NCBI GenBank assembly: GCA_036506175.1
Contig: DASXSE010000135.1
Location: forward strand, 1-45,609
From: Gaiellaceae bacterium
GTDB lineage: Bacteria > Actinomycetota > Thermoleophilia > Gaiellales > Gaiellaceae
Direction: 5' to 3'
Length of the DNA: 45,609 nucleotides
The translations under genes were made by a program, and so were the position numbers. How positions within the stretch are numbered: position 1 is the stretch's first letter; each line of letters opens with the position of its first letter. Of the stretch, positions 33,192 through 45,609 are shown piece after piece. The notes under the pieces were generated by a model, which made no database searches, was not told the DNA's origin, and was given only the letters and a program-made list of their open reading frames with translations.

Positions 33192-33445
33192 GCCGGCTTC
33201 TTCCGCAGCGGGAAGAGCCGCTGGTCACGCGCGTGGTCGACGCCGCCGTGGCTCCAAGGATTGCAACGAAGGAGCCGCCACCCCGCGAGGACGAGACCGC
33301 GGAGGAGTCCGTACTCCCGCAGTGCGTCCAACGCGTATTGCGAGCAGCTGGGGTGGTACTTGCAGCGGCCGCCCACCGTCCGCGGGACGAACGGGCTGAC
33401 CAACAGGCGGTATGCCCGAATGAGCAAGGTGGCGAGCGCGGTCAC
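33188..33445 (-). CDS. yidD: membrane protein insertion efficiency factor YidD
   Basis: 85 aa with CKYHPSCSQYALDAL and RLLRCNPW motifs. GTGA overlaps on both sides. Confidence 0.9.
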   Translation of the reverse strand: MTALATLLIRAYRLLVSPFVPRTVGGRCKYHPSCSQYALDALREYGLLRGLVLAGWRLLRCNPWSHGGVDHARDQRLFPLRKKPA

Positions 33446-33795
33446 GCGCGCTCCTTCCGCAAGACCTCCCCGATCCGCTCGGCGAGCCAGGAAAGGTCAT
33501 GGTGCTCGGCCGCCTCGTTGAGACCTGGCCGCGCTTTCAGAACGTAGTCGTTGTCACCCGACAGACCGTCGGCAAGCTCGTCGAAAGCTGCGCGCAGGCG
33601 GCGTTTGAGCCGGTTCCGCTCGACGGCGCCGCCGACTTGCCGGGAGACGGCAAGGCCCAGCCGGGGACCCTCGCCGTCCGGATCGGGCCGCGGGAAAACA
33701 TAGAGGACGAGGAACCGCGTCGACATCGAGCGGCCATGCCGGTAGACGGCATCGAAGTCGCGCGAGCGGGAGAGGCGGTTCCGGCGTTTCACCAC
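33442..33795 (-). CDS. rnpA: ribonuclease P protein component
   Basis: 117 aa, basic: [21 protein letters not shown]..., RNRLKRRLR. Located 5 nt downstream of rpmH. Confidence 0.9.
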   Translation of the reverse strand: MVKRRNRLSRSRDFDAVYRHGRSMSTRFLVLYVFPRPDPDGEGPRLGLAVSRQVGGAVERNRLKRRLRAAFDELADGLSGDNDYVLKARPGLNEAAEHHDLSWLAERIGEVLRKERA

Positions 33796-33800
33796 GCGCG

Positions 33801-33935
33801 TCAGGCCGAGAGGCGCTTGCGCCCCTTTGCCCGGCGCCGCTTCAGGATCGCCCGGCCCGCCCGAGTCGACATGCGCGCCCGGAACCCATGCCGACGCTTT
33901 CGCCGGCGTACGTTCGGCTGAAAAGTTCGCTTCAT
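33801..33935 (-). CDS. rpmH: 50S ribosomal protein L34
   Basis: Not in the ORF track (44 aa). My translation of the minus strand gives [44 protein letters not shown], with ATG at 33935-33933 and TGA at 33803-33801. Confidence 0.95.
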   Translation of the reverse strand: MKRTFQPNVRRRKRRHGFRARMSTRAGRAILKRRRAKGRKRLSA

Positions 33936-33960
33936 TGGAGCTCTGGAAAGAAGAAGGTCG

Positions 33961-33986
33961 CCTGAGCGACCGGCCTCAGGAGTATA
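33961..33986 (-). promoter_or_regulatory. candidate rpmH -10 (TATACT) plus leader hairpin
   Basis: TATACT on the minus strand at 33986-33981. Immediately downstream is an inverted repeat CCTGAG-N8-CTCAGG (33961-33980). No clear -35. Confidence 0.3.
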
Positions 33987-34032
33987 GAGAAGCGGATCGA
34001 GGGTCGGCGTCGAAGACTTTTTTCAGCGAGCG

Positions 34033-34108
34033 GAATCCACAGCCCAAAACCCGCATCACGGGCGGGGTCGCACCATCTTTCCACAGCTGTGGAGACCCGT
34101 GTGGAAAC
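34033..34108. promoter_or_regulatory. cluster of four DnaA-box-like 9-mers (TCCACA core)
   Basis: GAATCCACA 34033-34041 (+), CTTTCCACA 34077-34085 (+), TGTGGAGAC 34088-34096 (= GTCTCCACA on -), TGTGGAAAC 34100-34108 (= GTTTCCACA on -). Boxes 2 and 3 form the 12-bp palindrome CCACAGCTGTGG. Confidence 0.6.
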
Positions 34109-34166
34109 GCAAAAAAGCCCTGCTCAGCTGTGCTTTCTTGTCGCCTAGGTAGACGCCGTGGGTGCA

Positions 34167-34195
34167 TTGTCCCGCCCGAAACCCGTTGCTATGAT
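34167..34195 (+). promoter_or_regulatory. candidate dnaA promoter (-35 TTGTCC, 17-nt spacer, -10 TATGAT)
   Basis: TTGTCC 34167-34172 and TATGAT 34190-34195 with exactly 17 nt between them, about 40 nt upstream of the proposed dnaA TTG. GGAGGAG at 34216-34222. Confidence 0.45.
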
Positions 34196-34234
34196 CGCCG
34201 CTTCCCGGAGTCAGGCGGAGGAGCAGCACCCGGC

Positions 34235-35566
34235 TTGAAGCAGCCAGTCCAACTGAGCGCGGAGACCTTGTGGACCGAGGTTTCCGCTCGTCTACAGGAA
34301 GCGCTCAGCGACGGCCCTTACCAACAGTGGTTTTCGGGCGCACAGGGCACGCTCGAGGACGACGCGTTCGTCCTCAGCGTCCGCGACGACTTCACGCGCG
34401 AATGGGTCGACAGCCACTACCGGGGCTTCCTCGAAGCCGCGGTCAGTGCCGCTCTTGACGAACTGCGGCCGGTCCGGATCGTCGCCACCGACCAGGCGCG
34501 CCATGAGACCGAGCTTCCGCCTGCCCCGAGCAGGCTCGAGGGCCTGAACCCAAAGTACAGCTTCGACTCGTTCGTCATCGGCTCCTCGAACCGCTTTGCC
34601 CACGCGGCCGCGCTGGCTGTCGCCGAGGCGCCAGCGCAGGCTTACAACCCGCTCTTCATCTATGGGGGCACCGGGCTCGGAAAGACGCACCTTCTCCAAG
34701 CAATCGCCAGCTACGTGGGCGAGCACTCCCGCAACTTCTCCGTCCGCTACGTGACGAGCGAGACCTTCATGAACGACTTCATCAACTCGCTGCGCGACAA
34801 GCGGATCGAAGGCTTCAAGCACCGCTACCGCCACTACGACGTCCTGCTCGTCGACGACATCCAGTTCTTCGAGCACAAGGAGCGGATCCAAGAGGAGTTC
34901 TTCCACACCTTCAACAGCCTCTACGAGGCCGGCCGCCAGATCGTGATCTCGTCCGACCGGCCCCCGCGCGCGATCGCCACTCTCGAAGCCCGCCTCCGCT
35001 CACGGTTCGAGTGGGGCCTGATCACGGATATCCAGGCGCCGGACCTCGAGACGCGCATCGCGATTCTCCGCAAGAAGGTGAAGACAGACGCCATCCACGT
35101 CCCCGACTCGCAGGTGCTTACCTTCATTGCCAGCCGCATCTCGACGAACATCCGCGAGCTCGAAGGCGCGCTCACGCGTGTGGTCGCGTTCTCGTCTCTG
35201 ACGGGCCGACCGATGACCGTCGACCTCGCTCAGGAGGTCCTCAAAGACGTCTTCCCGCAAGGGGAGCTGCCTGAAGTGTCGGTCGAGCGGATTCAGGAGA
35301 CCGTCATCGACCGGTTTGGCATCTCGATGCAGGAGCTCGTCGGCGACCGCCGGTCCCAGTCGATCGTCTATCCGCGACAGGTCGCCATGTACCTCTGCCG
35401 CGAGCTCACCGACAGCTCGCTGCCAAAGATCGGGAAGAAGTTCGGTGGACGCGACCACACCACCGTGATTCACGCGACCTCGAAGATCGCGAAGCTCATC
35501 CAGGAAGACCGAAGCGTCTACAACCTGGTTCAGGAGCTCACTGCTCGCATCAAGCAGCCGCGTTGA
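34235..35566 (+). CDS. dnaA: chromosomal replication initiator protein DnaA
   Basis: Walker [18 protein letters not shown], sensor and box VII regions, C-terminal DNA-binding DHTTVIHA. Start set at in-frame TTG 34235 ([16 protein letters not shown]...); TTG 34268 is possible. The track ORF start at 33827 would run through the DnaA-box spacer and rpmH and is rejected. Confidence 0.9.
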   Translation: MKQPVQLSAETLWTEVSARLQEALSDGPYQQWFSGAQGTLEDDAFVLSVRDDFTREWVDSHYRGFLEAAVSAALDELRPVRIVATDQARHETELPPAPSRLEGLNPKYSFDSFVIGSSNRFAHAAALAVAEAPAQAYNPLFIYGGTGLGKTHLLQAIASYVGEHSRNFSVRYVTSETFMNDFINSLRDKRIEGFKHRYRHYDVLLVDDIQFFEHKERIQEEFFHTFNSLYEAGRQIVISSDRPPRAIATLEARLRSRFEWGLITDIQAPDLETRIAILRKKVKTDAIHVPDSQVLTFIASRISTNIRELEGALTRVVAFSSLTGRPMTVDLAQEVLKDVFPQGELPEVSVERIQETVIDRFGISMQELVGDRRSQSIVYPRQVAMYLCRELTDSSLPKIGKKFGGRDHTTVIHATSKIAKLIQEDRSVYNLVQELTARIKQPR

Positions 35567-35747
35567 ACAGGCTCCTGTGCAAAGCTCGTGGAATCTGAGG
35601 AAGCCTTGGAGAACCTTCTCGAGGCTGTTGAATTCTTCCACTTGTCCCCATGAGCTATCCCCGGCCGAAATGGCCATGTCATGCGGAAAGCAGCCGTCTT
35701 CCCCGTCATGCACACTCCCTATGACTACAACGAGAGGTTCTTTTTAA
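35567..35747. other. dnaA-dnaN intergenic spacer, second candidate oriC segment
   Basis: 181 bp, visibly less GC-rich than its surroundings. Degenerate boxes TTGTCCCCA (35642-35650), TCTTCCACT (35634-35642) and CGTGGAATC (35587-35595). AT-rich TTCTTTTTAAAT just before dnaN. Confidence 0.3.
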
Positions 35748-36887
35748 ATGACAAGCATCGATACGGTTATTGGGACAAGCATGAAGGTGACGTGCCCGAA
35801 GGAGGAGCTGGCCGAAAAGCTCCAGATCGCTGGGCGCGGCGTTTCGACGCGGACGAGCGTTCAGATTCTCGCAGGCATCATGCTGCGCGCTGCCGGCGAG
35901 CAGCTATCGATCTCGGCGACGGATATGGAGATCTCGCTGCGGGTCTCGGTGGACGCCCAGGTGGACGACGACGGAGCGGTCGTTGTCCCGGGGCGCCTTC
36001 TCGTCGACATCGTGCGCCTCTTGCCTGCGGGGGAAGTAACGATCGCGCATCGCGCGGAGGAAGGCGTCGTGGAGATCGTCTGCGGGTCGGCCTCCTACCG
36101 CCTACACACGTACGCGGCCGAAGACTTCCCGCGCCTGCCGGAGATCGATGCGGACACAGCGTTCTCCGTCGAGAAGGAGGCGTTCGTCGACACGATCGCG
36201 CGTGTAAGCCGGTCGGCTTCGCGTGACGAGAGCCGGCCGGTGCTGACCGGTATCCTCGTACGTTTCGAGGACGGGAAGCTCGTCATGGCGGCAACGGACT
36301 CCTATCGCCTGAGCGTGAAGGAGACCCCGCTCGAGCAGGGCCCGGGACGAGAGGTCGAGGCCATCGTCCCTGCACGCGCGCTCGCCGAGCTGGCCCGAAT
36401 TGCGCAAACCGGCGAGCCCGGCGCGATCCAGGTCGGCGTTCAGGAAAACCAGATCGTCTTCGGAATCGACGGCATCTGGCTGACCGCCCGCCGGATCGAC
36501 GGGCAATTCCCCAACTACAAGCAGCTCCTTCCCGAGACCTTCGAAGCGGAAGTAACCATTTCCCGCGAGGAATTCCTCGATGTCGTCCGCCGCACGTCGG
36601 TGATGGCGCAGCGGAAGTCGCCTCTGCGCTTGCGCTTCGAGGAAGGCGAGCTCACTGTCTCGGCACAGACACAGGACGTCGGCGAGGCGCGTGAGTCACT
36701 GCCGATCTCCTATTCGGGCGAGACGCTCGAGATCGGCTTCAACGCCGAGTTTCTCCGCGACGGGCTCGAGTCGGTCACCGACGAGTCCGTGCGGATCAAG
36801 CTCATCAGTCCGCTTCGTCCCGGGCTGATCCACGGCGAGTCCGACGATTTCCTCTACCTGATCATGCCGATCAGGCTGGCCGGCTGA
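35748..36887 (+). CDS. dnaN: DNA polymerase III beta sliding clamp
   Basis: 379 aa with three-domain clamp pattern (ATDMEISL, MAATDSYRL, C-terminal YLIMPIRL). ATG 35748 has GAGAGG 10 nt upstream. Alternative start ATG 35781 (MKVTCPKEEL). Confidence 0.9.
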   Translation: MTSIDTVIGTSMKVTCPKEELAEKLQIAGRGVSTRTSVQILAGIMLRAAGEQLSISATDMEISLRVSVDAQVDDDGAVVVPGRLLVDIVRLLPAGEVTIAHRAEEGVVEIVCGSASYRLHTYAAEDFPRLPEIDADTAFSVEKEAFVDTIARVSRSASRDESRPVLTGILVRFEDGKLVMAATDSYRLSVKETPLEQGPGREVEAIVPARALAELARIAQTGEPGAIQVGVQENQIVFGIDGIWLTARRIDGQFPNYKQLLPETFEAEVTISREEFLDVVRRTSVMAQRKSPLRLRFEEGELTVSAQTQDVGEARESLPISYSGETLEIGFNAEFLRDGLESVTDESVRIKLISPLRPGLIHGESDDFLYLIMPIRLAG

Positions 36888-37942
36888 TCGTCGCTCACGT
36901 TTCGCTTCGGAACTTCCGCTCTTACCCCGAGCTCGACTTGCCTCTCTCGGGTGGCGTCGTGCTCGTCACAGGCCCGAACGGTGTGGGGAAGACGAATCTC
37001 CTCGAGGCGGTGCACGTAGGTGCGCAGGGATTTTCTCCGCGCACGCGGGCCGAACCACGGCTCGTGCGGTTCGGGGAATCCGCTGCGCGCGTGAAGCTGG
37101 CCGGCGCCGAGCACGGCACGCCGTTCGAGACGGAGGTCGACGTAAACCCGCCGACTGCGAAGAGAATTCGGCTGAACGGCGCGGTCCTGAGCAGCGGGGA
37201 CGAGCTGCGACTGCGGCTTGCAGCGCTCGCATTCACTCCCGACCGGCTCGCGGTCGTCAAGGGCGGCCCGCTTGTACGCCGCACGTATCTGGACCGGATG
37301 CTGGGGCGGCTCTTTCCGGCCCGGGCCGAGTTGCCGCCGAGCTACGCGCGAGCGCTGGCGCAGCGGAACGCAGCGCTCCGCCGGGTGCGGGTAGGAGAGT
37401 CGAGTCGTGAGGTGGTTGGACCGTGGACCGAGCAAGTCGCAACGCTTGGTGACGAGCTCGACCGGGCTCGAGCCGAGCTCGTGGACCTGCTTAGGCCCCG
37501 ATTCGCGGAGCATGGCGAGGCACTGGGTCTGGCGGATCCGACGCTCGGCTACGAGGATGAAGGCCTCACGGTCGAGGCCTTGGCTGCTCGCCTCGAGCGG
37601 GACATCGAGCGCGGGACGACCGGTGTCGGCCCGCACCTGAAGGATGCAGCGATCGCGTCTGCGGGACGTGACCTGCGCGCTTTCGGATCGCAGGGCGAAC
37701 AGCGCACCGCGGTTCTCGCGCTTGTGCTCGCGGAAGCGGATCTCCTCCTTGAGCGGCGAGGGGAGCCGCCGCTGTTGCTCCTCGACGACGTCTTCAGCGA
37801 GCTCGACCGGGCTCGTGCCCAGGCGCTGGTCTCGCGTCTGCCGGCGGGCGGGCAAACGCTCGTGACCGCAACGGACAGGCCAGAGGTTCTCCAGCCGGAC
37901 CTCGTCGTGGCCGTGAAGCTCGGGGAAGCGCGCGTCGCGTGA
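36884..37942 (+). CDS. recF: DNA replication/repair protein RecF
   Basis: Walker A GPNGVGKTNLLEA, signature region GSQGEQRT, Walker B LLLLDDV. The conserved N-terminal strand (L)IVAHVSLRNFRSY lies upstream of the first canonical start (TTG 36938). Start proposed at CTG 36884, overlapping the dnaN stop as CTGA. Confidence 0.85.
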   Translation: MIVAHVSLRNFRSYPELDLPLSGGVVLVTGPNGVGKTNLLEAVHVGAQGFSPRTRAEPRLVRFGESAARVKLAGAEHGTPFETEVDVNPPTAKRIRLNGAVLSSGDELRLRLAALAFTPDRLAVVKGGPLVRRTYLDRMLGRLFPARAELPPSYARALAQRNAALRRVRVGESSREVVGPWTEQVATLGDELDRARAELVDLLRPRFAEHGEALGLADPTLGYEDEGLTVEALAARLERDIERGTTGVGPHLKDAAIASAGRDLRAFGSQGEQRTAVLALVLAEADLLLERRGEPPLLLLDDVFSELDRARAQALVSRLPAGGQTLVTATDRPEVLQPDLVVAVKLGEARVA

Positions 37943-38403
37943 GACTTCCGGAGCCGATTGGCCCCGAGGTGCGCCGCGAGCTCGGCCGCTTCGGCCCGGC
38001 CGGCGACTTGGGAGAGATCGTCGCCGCCTGGCCCTCGGCCGTGGGGCCGGCAATCGCTGCCAACGCGTGGCCGGCGCGGATGGCCCGCGATGGAACCCTG
38101 CACGTGGCGACCGGCTCGAGTGCGTGGGCCTTCGAGCTCACTCAGCTCGCGGACTCGGTCCTCGAGCGCCTCCGGGAGGCATTGGGTGAAATCTCGCCCG
38201 TGGCAATTCGCTTCGCCGTGGGGCCTCTTCCCGAGGGCGGTGCTGCCGATGAAACAAGTGTGAAAAGGATCGTGCCGAAACCGACCGACGAGCACCTCGC
38301 CGAGGCCGCGAAGCTTGCCTCGGAAATCGAGGAGGGGCGCCTGCGCGAAGCCGTCGCGCGGGCCGCTGCGGCTAGCCTCGCGGCTGCGGAGGGCCCGGCC
38401 TGA
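37939..38403 (+). CDS. DUF721 domain protein (DciA-like)
   Basis: 154 aa, GTG start overlapping the recF stop (GTGA). IVAAWPSAVGPAIAANAWPARMARDGTLHVATGSSAWAFEL matches the DUF721 pattern. Canonical actinobacterial position between recF and gyrB. Confidence 0.75.
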   Translation: MRLPEPIGPEVRRELGRFGPAGDLGEIVAAWPSAVGPAIAANAWPARMARDGTLHVATGSSAWAFELTQLADSVLERLREALGEISPVAIRFAVGPLPEGGAADETSVKRIVPKPTDEHLAEAAKLASEIEEGRLREAVARAAAASLAAAEGPA

Positions 38404-38416
38404 CGACCGGCCGGTC

Positions 38417-40852
<2,436 letters not shown>

Positions 40853-40868
40853 TTAGGAAGGAGTTCTC

Positions 40869-43421
<2,553 letters not shown>

Positions 43422-43431
43422 CTTCCAAGAA

Positions 43432-43462
43432 GAAGACAGCCGGTTTCGGCCGGATCGTCTTC
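43432..43462 (+). terminator. imperfect hairpin downstream of gyrA (weak terminator candidate)
   Basis: GAAGAC (43432-43437) pairs with GTCTTC (43457-43462), with inner GCCG-GTTT-CGGC. No U-tract follows. Confidence 0.25.
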
Positions 43463-43480
43463 ACAAATCCGGGCCTCGGT

Positions 43481-43499
43481 GGTAGCGTTGACCGCTACC
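43481..43499. other. perfect 7-bp inverted repeat GGTAGCG-TTGAC-CGCTACC
   Basis: Seen directly, 25 nt upstream of the MerR-like ATG. Could be a hairpin or an operator-type palindrome. Confidence 0.3.
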
Positions 43500-43523
43500 C
43501 TCCGAATCGAAAAGAGTCCGCAT

Positions 43524-43829
43524 ATGGCCGTTCCGCGGCATGTCGATCTCCTTGAACCCGTAAACCTTTCGGAGCATCTCGACAAGATCGAGCTCTACCT
43601 AGGTCAGGTGTGCGCGGTGGCGGGGATCTCGAAGATGCAGCTCGACTACTGGACGAACAAGGCGCAGATTCCGACGAAGGGGCGCAAGCAGCGGATCTAT
43701 GACATGGACGCTGTCGAGACCGTCATGCTGATCAAGCAGGGCAAGGACAAGGGCCTGAACCTCTCCACCGCCATTGACGCGGCGCGAAAGTACAAAGAGG
43801 AGAAGTCGACGGGCCTCCGCAGCGCCTAG
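43524..43829 (+). CDS. MerR-like helix-turn-helix protein (101 aa)
   Basis: Start ATG 43524 preferred over GTG 43479. LYLGQVCAVAGISKMQLDYWTNKAQIP resembles the MerR/HTH_17 recognition region. The remainder is short and basic. Confidence 0.5.
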   Translation: MAVPRHVDLLEPVNLSEHLDKIELYLGQVCAVAGISKMQLDYWTNKAQIPTKGRKQRIYDMDAVETVMLIKQGKDKGLNLSTAIDAARKYKEEKSTGLRSA

Positions 43830-44794
43830 GACTCGCGGAGAACACCAGCTGCCGACTCGGGCGCAAGCGTGTTCACGAAATAGCCGAAGCCGAGCTCGAG
43901 GCCGGCAAGCGTGGTGAGACGAGGTAGCACCTCGAGGTGCCAGTGCCCCGTCGCATGCACCCACATGTTGATCGGAACCGGTCCCTCGGCCACGCGCAGG
44001 CGCCGGAGGCTCTCGGCAGCGAGGCCCAGCGCGGCTCCCAGCGCTGGGCTCGTGAATGGATCCTGCTCGCATTCCCTGGGAGCGACGAGCATCTCGTAGG
44101 GCCCGCGTCCGGCGAAGGGGCAGAGCAAGACCAGGCCGTCGCGCTCGGAGATCACGCGGATCCGCTGCTCCAGCTCCTCTTGGAGGACCCGGCAGAGGAC
44201 GCAACCTCCTTCGTCCTTCTGCACCGCCCTCTCTTGCACGACGAGCGGAGGCTCCTCTTTCAGCCAGACGAGCTGCGAATGGGAGTGCTGGAGACTGGCG
44301 CCGGCCGAGCGGCCTTCGTTGACGAGCGCCTGCATGAAGGGGAAGCCCAGCTCGCGGGCGGCGGCCGCGCGCGCTTGCCAGGCCTCGGCGATCAGCTCCA
44401 GCTCACGGAGGGAGAGGTCGGCCAGGGTGCGGACGTGTCGCGGGGAATGGATGACGACCTCCTGGCGGCCCAGCGCGGCACGGCGTGCGAACAGACCCTT
44501 GACGCGGTCGCCCTCGGCCGACCATGGGCCGAAGGCAGGGAACTTGTTCGGTACCACACGGACGCGCCAGCCGGGTGCGTCGGCCGCGCGTCCTGGCGGC
44601 CCGATGGCGAAGGTCTCGGGCGGTGTCGCGCTCTCGCGGCCTTCGCAGAAGGGGCAGCCCGCGACATCGTCGCGCTCCTCGTCCGCGGCGGGACGGTCGG
44701 CGCCCGGCCTCCGCGCCCGGGCTGGCGCGATCACGACCCAGCGGCCCGAGACCGGGTCGCGTCGGAGCTCAGGAGGGGTGCCCTCAGCGCTCAG
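43826..44794 (-). CDS. galT: galactose-1-phosphate uridylyltransferase (HIT-superfamily GalT)
   Basis: CPFC zinc knuckle, VVPNKFPA, active-site HSHSQ. The family N-terminus [13 protein letters not shown] is encoded in frame upstream of the first canonical start (GTG 44734). Start proposed at CTG 44794-44792. Confidence 0.8.
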   Translation of the reverse strand: MSAEGTPPELRRDPVSGRWVVIAPARARRPGADRPAADEERDDVAGCPFCEGRESATPPETFAIGPPGRAADAPGWRVRVVPNKFPAFGPWSAEGDRVKGLFARRAALGRQEVVIHSPRHVRTLADLSLRELELIAEAWQARAAAARELGFPFMQALVNEGRSAGASLQHSHSQLVWLKEEPPLVVQERAVQKDEGGCVLCRVLQEELEQRIRVISERDGLVLLCPFAGRGPYEMLVAPRECEQDPFTSPALGAALGLAAESLRRLRVAEGPVPINMWVHATGHWHLEVLPRLTTLAGLELGFGYFVNTLAPESAAGVLRES

Positions 44795-45545
44795 TGCGCG
44801 AAAGGAGCGGCTGGAAGAGGTCGAGCGGGACCGGGAGGATGATCGTGGACGAGCGCTCCGAGCTGATCTCGAGCATCGTCTGCAGGAAGCGCAGCTGGAC
44901 GGAGATCGGGTTCTGGCTCAGCACACCGGCGGCGTCCTTCAGCTTCTCGGAGGCCTGGAACTCGCCCTCGGCGGCGATCACCTTCGCACGCCGCTCGCGT
45001 TCAGCCTCCGCCTGGCGCGCCATCGCCCGTTGCATCCCGCTCGGAATCTCGACGTCCTTCACCTCGACGATGGAGACCTTGATTCCCCACGGCGAGGTGG
45101 CCTCGTCGATGATCTCCTGCAGGATCGCGTTGATCTTGTCGCGCTCCGAGAGCAGCTCGTCGAGCACGTGCTGCCCAAGCACGGAACGAAGCGTCGTCTG
45201 CGCGATCTGCGAGGTCGCGACCATGAAGTTCTCGATCTGCACGATCGCCGCCTTCGGCTCGACGATCCGGAAGTACGCGACGGCGTTCACCCGCGCGGGC
45301 ACGTTGTCCTTGGTGATCACTTCCTGCGGTGGGATGTTGAGCGTAACCGTGCGCAGGTCGACCTTGACCATGCGGTCGACGATCGGGATCAGGAAGAAGA
45401 GGCCGGGCCCCTTCGGATCGGCGAGCAGCCGCCCGAGCCGGAAGATGATGCCGCGCTCGTACTCGCGCACCACGCGGATCGCAGAGATCACGTAGAGCAG
45501 CAGCAGCAGCAGGATGACGACGATCGCGATGATCAGCGCGGCCAC
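44784..45545 (-). CDS. SPFH/band-7 (stomatin-like, slipin) membrane protein
   Basis: N-terminal TM then SPFH core ([27 protein letters not shown]), coiled [23 protein letters not shown] start. Confidence 0.9.
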   Translation of the reverse strand: MAALIIAIVVILLLLLLYVISAIRVVREYERGIIFRLGRLLADPKGPGLFFLIPIVDRMVKVDLRTVTLNIPPQEVITKDNVPARVNAVAYFRIVEPKAAIVQIENFMVATSQIAQTTLRSVLGQHVLDELLSERDKINAILQEIIDEATSPWGIKVSIVEVKDVEIPSGMQRAMARQAEAERERRAKVIAAEGEFQASEKLKDAAGVLSQNPISVQLRFLQTMLEISSERSSTIILPVPLDLFQPLLSRTER

Positions 45546-45554
45546 GGGCGGATC

Positions 45555-45609
45555 CTATGCGCCGACGGGCCGTACCGTGAGCACCAGCCCGTCGAGCGAC
45601 TCGACCTGC
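45555..45609 (-). CDS. NfeD-like protein, C-terminal fragment (truncated by window edge)
   Basis: The minus-strand frame reads ...VESLDGLVLTVRPVGA then TAG (45557-45555), like the OB-fold C-terminus of NfeD partners usually encoded just upstream of slipins. Only 18 codons are visible. Confidence 0.4.
   Translation of the reverse strand, partial: QVESLDGLVLTVRPVGA

Noticed and set aside
33827-34234. N-terminal 136-codon extension of the dnaA ORF given in the track
   Set aside because: It would overlap rpmH and read through the DnaA-box cluster and the candidate promoter. The translation ([14 protein letters not shown]...) is non-DnaA-like. DnaA homology starts around [10 protein letters not shown].
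35650-35724. 24-codon ATG ORF (MSYPRPKWPCHAESSRLPRHAHSL) in the dnaA-dnaN spacer
   Set aside because: It has no Shine-Dalgarno sequence and atypical codon usage. It lies in a probable origin or promoter region and is most likely fortuitous.

Overview
This is a GC-rich, very tightly packed core-chromosome window spanning a replication-origin neighbourhood. At about 33.9-34.2 kb, rpmH-rnpA-yidD-yidC-jag-rsmG-parA-parB (minus strand) diverges from dnaA-dnaN-recF-DUF721(dciA-like)-gyrB-gyrA (plus strand). The 299-bp spacer between them carries four TCCACA-core DnaA boxes. Gene content and order suggest an Actinomycetota-type genome, possibly a thermophilic deep-branching lineage; this is inference only. 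The supporting genes are DUF721 between recF and gyrB, a sortase, an MptB-like GT-C, an RR-HK-HtrA module and TreT+OtsA. Left of the origin lies a long minus-strand array: BFN nuclease, VOC, PBP1A, GT-C, moeA, RR-HK-HtrA, an orphan DNA methyltransferase, treT-otsA, moaC-mog, a UbiA-like prenyltransferase, ccmABCD, hemACD, a DUF62 SAM hydrolase and a SAM methyltransferase. Two plus-strand islands interrupt it. One is an M28-membrane protein plus sortase. The other is an SBP lipoprotein, HAD hydrolase, CPBP protease, L,D-transpeptidase and chorismate mutase. Right of gyrA are a MerR-like gene and a minus-strand nfeD(partial)-slipin-galT set. I call 52 CDS (one cut by the right edge), 2 tRNAs (Phe-GAA, Ile-GAU), one convincing intrinsic terminator and a few low-confidence regulatory candidates. 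I saw no rRNA, CRISPR, IS/transposase, integrase, phage or toxin-antitoxin signatures. I cannot point to a clear-cut novel multi-gene system such as a defence island. The observations most worth follow-up are: (i) an M28-domain/polytopic-membrane protein with Gaa1-like architecture abutting a sortase; (ii) three conserved genes (recF, galT, DUF62) whose family-typical N-termini lie upstream of any ATG/GTG/TTG, implying CTG/ATC initiation; (iii) a ccmABCD-only System I fragment with a variant WWD motif embedded between a prenyltransferase and hemACD; (iv) a long-form GyrB with an insertion of about 160 aa; (v) pervasive 4-nt start/stop overlaps chaining functionally unrelated genes.
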